Source: Escherichia coli
Lineage (GTDB): Bacteria > Pseudomonadota > Gammaproteobacteria > Enterobacterales > Enterobacteriaceae
Assembly (NCBI RefSeq): GCF_024502345.1
Contig: NZ_JALDNN010000003.1
Reading direction: 5' to 3' (one strand)
Length of the DNA: 64,000 bases
The stretch's first letter is position 1, and every line of letters begins with the position of its first letter. Made by a program: the position numbers and the translations under genes. The notes beneath the pieces were generated by a model that did not search any database, was not told where the DNA came from, and saw only the letters and a program-made list of their open reading frames with translations. This document shows positions 27,636 through 36,153 of this stretch, piece after piece.

Positions 27636-28336
27636 CGATGAAAAACACAGTAATACCGACGGTGACTGAAAACGAGATGGGAGAGGTGATCACCCGCCAC
27701 TCGGCTTACGGACTGGTATCAGTAAGCCGCACGTCCACGACGGGACAGCGCCTTTATGCCTCCGACCTCAGTCATAAAGAGGTAGTCACGATGACCTTCA
27801 GTGAATCAGAGCAGATTGAACGCGACGGTGTGATCCGTCATCGACTGGCGGAAGGCCGACGCCGCTCACCGCTCCTGCAAGTCAGTCTGTCTCCGGCGCA
27901 GTGGGCCACGATGATCACATCGTTCGGAATGAGTGACGGCGTGCCGTGTACCATTAACAGCCTGATTCGCGGCGATTATGAGCGGCAGCCGGAGATTGGC
28001 TATATTGAGTCGACACGCGAACGATACGAACGGCAGATCCGGGAAGCCGCTGAGCGTGAAATGGCGAAATTGCATGAAAAGCTGGAAGTGCTGCGTTTGC
28101 TGGCGGTAAAAGGCAAGGCTGGAAAGCGTGAGCTTGACGAAGCCTATCAGTCGCTGTTAAGCGTAATCAATAACTTGCCGGTCAATCTGGCCTTCACCAA
28201 CCAACTCATTCAGGAATCCATGGTGAATATCGTCTCACACGGCAAGGCCGAACTCGAAGCCACCGCCATGGGCGTAGCCGCTCGTCTGGGTATGAAAGAA
28301 ATGAGCAGCCTTGCCTCGCTGGAAGAGAAGAAGTAA
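27632..28336 (+). CDS. hypothetical protein with a coiled-coil-like C-terminal half, 234 aa
   Basis: Long ORF, last gene of the plus-strand string. Confidence 0.6.
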   Translation: MTMKNTVIPTVTENEMGEVITRHSAYGLVSVSRTSTTGQRLYASDLSHKEVVTMTFSESEQIERDGVIRHRLAEGRRRSPLLQVSLSPAQWATMITSFGMSDGVPCTINSLIRGDYERQPEIGYIESTRERYERQIREAAEREMAKLHEKLEVLRLLAVKGKAGKRELDEAYQSLLSVINNLPVNLAFTNQLIQESMVNIVSHGKAELEATAMGVAARLGMKEMSSLASLEEKK

Positions 28337-28368
28337 CCGGTGCGCCCGCCCGTAAATCATGAAATGCA

Positions 28369-28788
28369 CTAACGTCCATACCTGCTGCACACATACGCGG
28401 CACACAGCTCAACGGCCAGCGCATACCGCGTTGACATAAACCGTAAACACTGAAGTGCGTCGTCCTGTCGGGGACATTCTACGTGGTTTTCTACGCCCCC
28501 CCCTTCTCTCTTCTGCGGCTCACAGAACTTCAGGAATTGCTGGTGGGCAGTCTCCAGGACGTTTTCCAGTAACCGGCTGTGGTCAGCGTCATATCCCTTC
28601 AGCAGGCGTTCCAGTTCTGCCATAGCGAGTGCAGGTGGTAACCAGATGACGCCAAGCAGCAAAAACTGGCTCTGCATTCGAATTTCATGGCGATCTGGCT
28701 TCAGACCCTCTGCCCGGGAAGCGCAATAATAAATCCTCTCCAGGGGAGCTACACGCGTGATAAGAGGTTTCTCAGCAATTTCTGACAT
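28369..28788 (-). CDS. hypothetical protein, 139 aa
   Basis: ORF downstream of the Ig-like gene and its terminator. No motif recognised. Confidence 0.5.
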   Translation of the reverse strand: MSEIAEKPLITRVAPLERIYYCASRAEGLKPDRHEIRMQSQFLLLGVIWLPPALAMAELERLLKGYDADHSRLLENVLETAHQQFLKFCEPQKREGGGVENHVECPRQDDALQCLRFMSTRYALAVELCAAYVCSRYGR

Positions 28789-28844
28789 GCGACTAAATCA
28801 GCCTGTTTCGTTTCTTTCTGATTATGTTAAGACACTATGAAAAA

Positions 28845-28861
28845 GCCCCGTAATACGGGGC
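28845..28861 (-). terminator. rho-independent terminator
   Basis: GCCCCG-TAATA-CGGGGC hairpin followed on the minus strand by TTTTT, 15 nt after the stop of the 794-aa gene. Confidence 0.7.
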
Positions 28862-28875
28862 CGGTTCGGAGGCAG

Positions 28876-31260
28876 TTACTGGATTTGCGGCAGCTCGATC
28901 ATGAAGCTTGATTCACCGACATTGCCGCTGGTGGCCGGGAAGATGGGGATCAGGACGCCATCACCCTGCCCGAAATCTATCGTGATGTCTTTCGAATCCC
29001 CGGGTACGACGGCCACCCCATTCATACTGACCGCAAAGGCCGCATCTTTGCGGACCGTCAGCGTGCCGGTTTGTGCTCCAGTGATCAGCGAACCATCTTT
29101 TTTCCGGATGCTATTGGTACGCAGATACGCCAGCGGCTGGTTATCTGATGTCTTCAGTCCCATGCCCACGGCCAGCGTCTTGATGGTATTAAATTCAATC
29201 AGGTTGTTCGGTACATAGCGGAACCGGCTGGTCTTTGTGGTGGCGTTTCCAGCTTCATCCATAGCTACGACAGTCAACAGGTAGGAACTCGCGTCGTCTG
29301 TCGCGGGGAAGATACGCGGGTAGTTCAGTCCATATTTGTCGGTTCCCTGGCTGTACCAGCCTACGCTGACTTTATCTGACGTGGGTCCGCCGCTCAGCGT
29401 AATGTTCTTCAGAGAAGCTTTAGTCATGTCATCGCTCAGGGTGATCACCAAGTTTTCCAGTCCTTTGACAAGCGATCCGTCAGCTGGTTTTCCTTCAAAG
29501 ATGATACCGACGACTGGCGGCGTCACGTCATGCAGGATGGTGCTCGATAGCTTCAGTTCAGCCGTGTTGTTGTAGGTGTCCGTCGCAGCACCCGTTGCAG
29601 TGTATTTCCCGGAAGGTAACTTACTGTAGTCAAACGTCACTTGCTTCAGCTGGTAGTTCAGGACTGCGACGCTTTTCGGCGACAGGGTTGTGACTTTATT
29701 ACTGGTATCCTTCAATGAGAGGTTGAAAATGTTGGTGGCCCACATATAGGTGGTCCAGTCGTTAGTTACGTCGCTGTCAGTCACCAGCATAACGACTGTT
29801 TTATCTAGTGGGTTGGAAACAATACTGTTGATGACAGGAGGATTCATATCCCAGTAGGTATAGAAATGCGACTGAAGTCCACCAAGATTAGCGTAAGTAC
29901 CGGTCCCTTTCATATGAATTTGGTACGGACTATAGCCTTTACCGCTCGTCTTACAGTAATCCATGCTGACTAGACAACTGCTCTCCCCCACTGCAACATT
30001 GCAGCTACCAAGACCTATGATAGTGGCGGTTTGCACATACGGGCGTGGTTCAACGTTAACACGGCCCATATCAACGCAATCCGGTCCAGTGAACCTGACA
30101 ATGTCGGTCGGTGTCCAGGAATTGCCTTTTTTGAAATGAAACTGCCCGGATAAATAACGTGGAGCTTCCGGCACACCGCTGCCGAGAGTAAATTTCAGTG
30201 TACTATAATTGATAGTATTGTTCAGACCAGCCTTGGTAAACCGCTCGTAGTAAACATAGGTCTCTGGGTAACTCACCGTGACTTCAGTATAAAAGTAGGT
30301 GCTGTCAGAATTAGTAATCTGATCGATCCAGCCAAAATCAGTCCCGTTAAAATTTGTTGAGTCCGATTTAAGGCGTTTGAACCGGAATTTTACCGGGTTT
30401 TCATAAATGGTCATGCCAGGAACATAATCTTCCCAGACGCCTGTTTTCGCATTCCGCACCTGATGTTGAATGTAGCTGGGTATTGTACGATCAATACCAG
30501 AGCGATGTGATGTTTCTGTCCAGTTCCCGGCTTTGTCATAAACCCGAAAACCTACGGTGTAATATGCCGGACTGACGGGCGCAACCGTGCTTCCTGCCGC
30601 CACCGCCGCCAGTGCCTGGACCACCCCCGTGAGTGCATTCAGCTGAGCATTTACAGTCCGGCGGACACCGCTGCTGTCAATAGCAAACCACTCCGCTTTA
30701 TCCAGTCCTGACCTCGCATCAGAGACGTTCGATAACGAAATGGCCTGGGTTGCGGTCCTGTCGCCGAAAATATCCAGACTTCCGTACTGAAAACCAGCCC
30801 TGAGCCACTGCATCGGATCTGGTAGAACGGGAGGAGTGATATCGATGCTGAAAGAGTAGCTGGTTGTCGCCACGACATTCGACTTATTGTCGAGTGTTTC
30901 GGATTTAAGAGAAAAAGTACCCTCGCCCAGTACCGGCAGTGTCATGGACTTGCCGTAGTACTCACTACCATCAGCGGCAGTGATCCTGTCGGCCACTGTC
31001 ACCAGGCCGGTGACACTCTGGAACATCTGCACATTATCGGATGAACGTGTCACGGTAACGCGCTCGTAGCGGTCGAGACCAGATATCAGATTCAGCGTAA
31101 TTGCGCTGCCCGGGTTGAGATACTCTCTGGTGGGTTCAGCATTCACTTTCGTGCCGCGTGTGTCGGTATACGAATAGTTGTAAAGCTGAGCCTGGCTGTA
31201 AAGCGGGAACAGCAGTGCCGTATAGACGGCGACAATCAACGGACGTCGGCAAAATTTCAT
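28876..31260 (-). CDS. large secreted bacterial Ig-like (Big) domain protein, 794 aa (RSP-family of IncHI plasmids)
   Basis: Signal peptide MKFCRRPLIVAVYTALLFPLYSQA. The N- and C-terminal regions are shared with 36154-38610 (AQ.Y.YSYTDT...LNLISGLDRYERV.VTR and a C-terminal GESSFMIELPQIQ-type end). Confidence 0.8.
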   Translation of the reverse strand: MKFCRRPLIVAVYTALLFPLYSQAQLYNYSYTDTRGTKVNAEPTREYLNPGSAITLNLISGLDRYERVTVTRSSDNVQMFQSVTGLVTVADRITAADGSEYYGKSMTLPVLGEGTFSLKSETLDNKSNVVATTSYSFSIDITPPVLPDPMQWLRAGFQYGSLDIFGDRTATQAISLSNVSDARSGLDKAEWFAIDSSGVRRTVNAQLNALTGVVQALAAVAAGSTVAPVSPAYYTVGFRVYDKAGNWTETSHRSGIDRTIPSYIQHQVRNAKTGVWEDYVPGMTIYENPVKFRFKRLKSDSTNFNGTDFGWIDQITNSDSTYFYTEVTVSYPETYVYYERFTKAGLNNTINYSTLKFTLGSGVPEAPRYLSGQFHFKKGNSWTPTDIVRFTGPDCVDMGRVNVEPRPYVQTATIIGLGSCNVAVGESSCLVSMDYCKTSGKGYSPYQIHMKGTGTYANLGGLQSHFYTYWDMNPPVINSIVSNPLDKTVVMLVTDSDVTNDWTTYMWATNIFNLSLKDTSNKVTTLSPKSVAVLNYQLKQVTFDYSKLPSGKYTATGAATDTYNNTAELKLSSTILHDVTPPVVGIIFEGKPADGSLVKGLENLVITLSDDMTKASLKNITLSGGPTSDKVSVGWYSQGTDKYGLNYPRIFPATDDASSYLLTVVAMDEAGNATTKTSRFRYVPNNLIEFNTIKTLAVGMGLKTSDNQPLAYLRTNSIRKKDGSLITGAQTGTLTVRKDAAFAVSMNGVAVVPGDSKDITIDFGQGDGVLIPIFPATSGNVGESSFMIELPQIQ

Positions 31261-31510
31261 TTCGGTTCTCCTGGTTGGCCAGAAAATTTTACCTGAATCG
31301 TTTTCTTCGCCCGGGCGCTAAGAGGGGTAATTGTTCAGTAAAACATCGTCCGTTTGTGTGCTTTTTGCCAGATTTAATCGGCAGGCCTGCGGGAAATACC
31401 CCATCCCAATGTCCGTTTTAGGCTGATTAATTCCCCAGAAATCCCCCCCTTAACGGAAAAATCCGCAGGGCAGACGTTTAAAATAGCAACAACTAAAAGG
31501 GGAATACTGA

Positions 31511-33129
31511 ATGAAAAATCAGGCTATAGCTTTGGCTATGGCTATGCTCGGAGTCTCAGTTCCGGCATCTGCTCAAATTTATGAATCCATCTTCACAGAT
31601 ACCAATGGTATTGAAGTTCACGCCCCCTCAACCCGGCTGTTGCTGAATCCGGCCTCACCGGTAACCCTGACGCTCATTGCCGGTCTTGACCGTTATGTGA
31701 ATGTCAAAATCACCAGCGCCACCGGCACGCAACTGCTGAACACCACTACTACGCGCACCAGCGTATCCGACCGTCTGAAGGCCGGAGATGGCAGCGAATT
31801 TTACGGAAAAAAAGTAACTTTACCGGTGCTTGGCGAAGGCAGGTCGGTTGTGCAGGTCAGTATTCTGGATCTGAATCAGTCCGTTGTAGCCACCTACAGC
31901 TACAACTGGCTGGTAGACACCACACCGCTGTCTGTTAATGCCCTCACAGGCAACGCCGCCTATGGATCAACTGCGGGTAGCGTCTGGAAAATGGGGCTGG
32001 AGGCCACGGGGCAGTTTGATTTTACCTCAACCAATGTCACGGACGTAAATGGCATCGAGAAAGGTATGTTTTATGTCTATCACAGTAACGGCAGTCTGTT
32101 CAGTACGACGCAGATGTAGTACGACGTGACTGGTCAGAAGATGTATCACACTTACTCAAAAAACTCGGTCAAAGGCGCGGGTATTCCCGACAGCAATCTG
32201 GATGAAGATTTCACGGCCAAGGTAGTCATTTATGACAACGCAGGAAACACCCGAACCCTTCCGTTGCAGCTCTTTCGATATGATAACTATCTGGGCGGTC
32301 CGAGATCCGCAAAGCTCCGCCAGCGTGGTGCCAGGGGTTTCCGGATATCCGGCCTATTCAGCTGGGATGACCGTTAATGAGAATCCGATTCATCTTGTAT
32401 ATCGCGTGCCAAAGTCCAACTATCGGTCATATGCCGAGGGCGGCCTGCTATTCTATAACCTGTATTCTTCCCCGACCGAGATTGCGACGGACAGCACCTA
32501 TACCTACGTTGAAATGATCCTGCCCTAGTACGGTGGTATACGGGCTGGAGAATATCCGTATAGCTCTGGCGGATAACCTGACAACACCCCGGATCACCCG
32601 TCTTCAGATAACCGGAGGGCCAACGGCAGATAACGTTGAGCTCACGTGGTCACCTGCTGGCACGAACGTTTATGCGCCAGAATATCCAAGGCTGTTCCCC
32701 TCATTCGAGCCTTCCGAAAACTATGCGCTTAGCGTGACGGTCTCCGACAGTCAGTCGAACAGCAAAACTTATACCCAGAAATTCAGCTACCTCCTGAATA
32801 ACCTAGTGCAGTTGCATAACCTGCGAACCTTATCCGTCAGTTCAGCACTCAAAACGTCGTTAAATGAGCCTCTTGCTTATCTGTCAACCAACGTGTTGCG
32901 TAAGTCCAACGGTGAGATTGCAAAAGACGTCCAGAGTGCGACGCTAACGGTACGTAAAGACGCTGCCTTCGGTATTAAGTTCAACGGCGTGCAGGCCGCG
33001 CTTGGTGAATCTGTAGAGGTGAAAATTGATATGGGGCTCGGTGATAACCTTTTAGTACCTATATACCCTGCTGAAAACGGCAAAGTGGGTACATCCGAGT
33101 TCATGATCCAGATCGATGAGCTGAAGTAA
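31511..33129 (+). pseudogene. decayed third member of the Ig-like protein family
   Basis: Four consecutive ORF pieces (31511-32119, 32126-32377, 32232-32528, 32533-33129) align in order with the 834-aa paralog. There is an in-frame TAG at 32117, a frameshift near 32290, and about 250 codons missing at about 32525. Confidence 0.8.
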
Positions 33130-33164
33130 TGAGAATGGGCCGTCGGTAGTACTGGCGGCTTAAC

Positions 33165-33179
33165 GAAAGTAACTTTTTC
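33165..33179. promoter_or_regulatory. GAAAAGTWACTTTTC-type box shifted by 1 nt (GAAAGTAACTTTTTC)
   Basis: Intergenic, between the Ig-like pseudogene and the Rep region. Confidence 0.45.
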
Positions 33180-33381
33180 TGTAAGGGTTGAAGTGTGCTT
33201 CTGATGTTTTTAGAACGGATCGGAATTTACTCACATTTTGATCGTGATGATTCAATACGTGACAGAGCATAGTTATCAACAGGATAGAATAATAATAAAG
33301 ATCAATAGAGGATCAATAGCAGATCAAAAAGGAATAACGATCCTCGCAGCCCAGTGATAGCGGGCCTCTCAGCGGATCAGC

Positions 33382-33484
33382 ATCCACTGTACAGGGGGAG
33401 AAATACACTATGTCGGGTAATCCATCCACTGTACCGGGCGCATAATCCACTATACCGGGTAGATTCGATACACTATAGCGGGTA
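33382..33484. repeat. four iteron-like repeats (ATCCACTRTACCGGG) upstream of rep
   Basis: Copies begin at about 33382, 33424, 33445 and 33466. They are the inverse orientation of the downstream iterons. Confidence 0.75.
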
Positions 33485-33520
33485 GGATGTAGATCTTATG
33501 CACAAAACGGATCTCCCAAT

Positions 33521-34402
33521 ATGTCCAGTAATAACAACAAGTTATCTCTCGTCATTGAAGAGTCCCTAAAAGATTCAGGGGAAGTTATACAACTCTTTCC
33601 CACATTAAAACAGACCATTCAACCGAAAGTTTTACTCCGCCTAGGTGTGTTTGTGCCGACTTTGAAATCTACGGACAAGGGGGGGAGGAAGAGCCATCAT
33701 ATCGATGCCACTGAGCCGCTATCAAGGTTATCTATTGTAGAGGGTGAAGGTTACAGCCAGATCCAAATCTACGGGCCGCGTCTCGATATGGATACCGATT
33801 TCAAATCATGGTGTGGGATCGTTTATGCGTTGTCTAACCGGCCGCTTGATTCAGAAGGTCAGCTGGAGCTGAATTTTCCGGAGTTTGCAAAATTTTGTGG
33901 GTTTGATACCAAGCGCATTGATAAACAACTGAAAGAGCGCTTTGATGCTTCGCTGACGCGTATAGCCCGGACCAACATTTCATTTATTAAGAAAATACCC
34001 GGTACAGATGATCAGATAACGATAAACATGCACCTGGTGGAATCGACGTATTACGACAGTTCCACGGGAAAAATCATCATCAAGCCAAATTCGAAGCTCA
34101 ATACGCTGTATCGCGTCGACGGTAAAACCCGACTCTACCTGAAGACATTGCAAAAACTGGCCCGTAAGGAGTCCGCACAGGCCCTGTACCTGTATCTGGC
34201 TGAGCTGCCGAGCACCTTTTACCGCATCGGATTCGATCGGCTTCGTGGACGACTCCAACTGTCATCACACCTCGGTAACCAGAATGCCACGGTTAAAAAG
34301 GCGCTGGGCCAGCTTAAAGAGATCGGTTTTCTGGAATACTCCATAGACAAAGAAAACGGCGATTACGTACTGAATATTCTAAAGAGAAACATGAAGCCAT
34401 GA
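33521..34402 (+). CDS. iteron-type replication initiator (RepHI1-type), 293 aa
   Basis: Homologous to the second initiator at 47182-48057 (LLRLGVFVPT / LLRLSVFTPV; DFKSWCGIVYA / DFKCWLGCIMA; ESAQALYLYL / EAAQSLYIYF) and flanked by iterons. I cannot tell from sequence alone whether it is RepHI1A or RepHI1B. Confidence 0.85.
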   Translation: MSSNNNKLSLVIEESLKDSGEVIQLFPTLKQTIQPKVLLRLGVFVPTLKSTDKGGRKSHHIDATEPLSRLSIVEGEGYSQIQIYGPRLDMDTDFKSWCGIVYALSNRPLDSEGQLELNFPEFAKFCGFDTKRIDKQLKERFDASLTRIARTNISFIKKIPGTDDQITINMHLVESTYYDSSTGKIIIKPNSKLNTLYRVDGKTRLYLKTLQKLARKESAQALYLYLAELPSTFYRIGFDRLRGRLQLSSHLGNQNATVKKALGQLKEIGFLEYSIDKENGDYVLNILKRNMKP

Positions 34403-34448
34403 CCGATGCCGGATAATGCACCTGCCTGCCGCGTGGGTGGCTGCGTTA

Positions 34449-34921
34449 CCCGGTATAGTGGACATTCTTCTCCTTTCCACTCTGCTTTACCCGGTACAAT
34501 GGATCTCCACTACACCGGGTAGTGTCAGGCCTAAAATTACGATGCAGCCCCTCCTCTTCAGCCTTACACTGAATATTTAGTGTGTTTTTTCACCAAAAAT
34601 GTGATCTATACCCGGTACAGTGGAGTCACAGAAATGTGATCCGTACCCGGTATAGTGGATGAGAACTACTGCTAATCGGTTACCGGGAATGTGGTGGTAC
34701 TGGGTGGAAAGGTTTACCCGGTATAGTGGATCGTGGCAGTGTCATCTTTCCGGATAGCATGACGTCACGGTTAGGAAACCGTACCCGGTATAGTGGATAG
34801 CGAATGGTGTACAACCCTGTTAACGTGATGATGCTGAAGTGAAAGTTTAACCCGGTTTAGTGGAGCGACTTAAAGCGCGTACCAGTAGCTGATGGGGGAG
34901 CAGCACCCGGTACAGTGGAGG
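34449..34921. repeat. origin iteron array, about 9 copies of CCCGGTAYAGTGGA
   Basis: Copies near 34449, 34490, 34507 (inverted), 34611, 34646, 34716, 34784, 34851 and 34906. Confidence 0.8.
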
Positions 34922-34987
34922 GGCGGATATCGTCGTAAAGGTCTTAACTAAAAGATGACCATTCAGTCGCAGCATTAAAGAAATATA

Positions 34988-35503
34988 TCATCGAGTCTCA
35001 GGGGTTTTAAGCCGGTAGACACCCTTCCACCAGGAGTCGAAAGACAAGCTATCATCGCAGCGCATAAATATGCCGTTATGCTTGGTGACAACGCTAAGAT
35101 AGCCTTTATTTTTCCCGCAGATCTTCTCAAAAGACTCTGTTGCTTTAATAAAATTTTCACCATCCGTGATGGCCGGAGAATCCAGTTCCTTCGCCAGCCA
35201 TGCCGGATAGCTGTCCGCATTAACCCATACAAGGCGTTCAACAACTGAAAAGAAGACGCCGACAAGGCCAATCGTCCAAAGCGTAATAACTAGTAAACGC
35301 AAAATTCGTAAGGCTATAAATTTTGAGTGCTGTAGAGGCGAAACGATAAAAGGCAGTGAGATCATGACTGTTAGTGAGACTGATGCCGCCAGCAAGGTGT
35401 ATAACAATGACCATGATTTAACATAGGCGGAAAAAGCGATCATTAAACAAATCAGAATGATGAGCGGTGCATTGCTTTTCATCATGCCCGTGCTAATTTT
35501 CAT
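34988..35503 (-). CDS. integral membrane protein, 171 aa
   Basis: Four hydrophobic helices in the N-terminal two-thirds. Confidence 0.55.
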   Translation of the reverse strand: MKISTGMMKSNAPLIILICLMIAFSAYVKSWSLLYTLLAASVSLTVMISLPFIVSPLQHSKFIALRILRLLVITLWTIGLVGVFFSVVERLVWVNADSYPAWLAKELDSPAITDGENFIKATESFEKICGKNKGYLSVVTKHNGIFMRCDDSLSFDSWWKGVYRLKTPETR

Positions 35504-35703
35504 TCTTTTGGGGCTCCATTTTGTACGAGTTTTGAGAGACTGCGTTTGTAATCATCCGCTGCCTTAGAAAAGTTACCGTCATTCTGTACCGGCGTAAAGC
35601 GAATGCCAAAAAACGCCTCAATGACGGAGGAAAGCGTCACTATCGGTCCTGACGAGGCATGGGCTTTTCGCTCCCGAGCCTCACGCTCCGCAAAGTGGAT
35701 CAC
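35500..35703 (-). CDS. hypothetical protein, 67 aa
   Basis: 4-nt overlap with the downstream membrane-protein gene. Confidence 0.4.
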   Translation of the reverse strand: MIHFAEREARERKAHASSGPIVTLSSVIEAFFGIRFTPVQNDGNFSKAADDYKRSLSKLVQNGAPKE

Positions 35704-35825
35704 CGGTCCCCTAGAAAATGAGAGTGAGTCATGGGAAGACCAGTCTGTTTATAGCCACAGTAGTTAAACGCACCCCGCCAGTCCGTCGCTGTTTGACATC
35801 ATGGCCGCGAATTAGGTTAACGTCG

Positions 35826-35948
35826 CCCGGTATAGTGTAATCCCAGGCTGAACCTGTGTTTGCAGCTGGTGGCCCTGCATCCATCACCATGACAGGCGCT
35901 GGCCGCAGGAATCGCGTGCCGGATGAAGGGTATCCACTATACCGGGTG
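35826..35948. repeat. two outlying iteron copies in inverted orientation
   Basis: CCCGGTATAGTGTAA at 35826 and ATCCACTATACCGGGTG at 35932. Confidence 0.6.
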
Positions 35949-36153
35949 AATGATATGTTGATCCACGCTGACGGGTAGTTTTATGAGCAAACCCGCAGCG
36001 AGTGGCAGGCCTGTGTCATTCGCAGTTTTACTGATGGGACGGAAGGTTATCCACAAAAACGGTGAATAACCCTGTGACCGGAATCTGGATAATCATCATT
36101 GCGGCGACAACAACAGAAAGAAGTGGCCCGGACTTGGCCACCCTACCCTGCTT

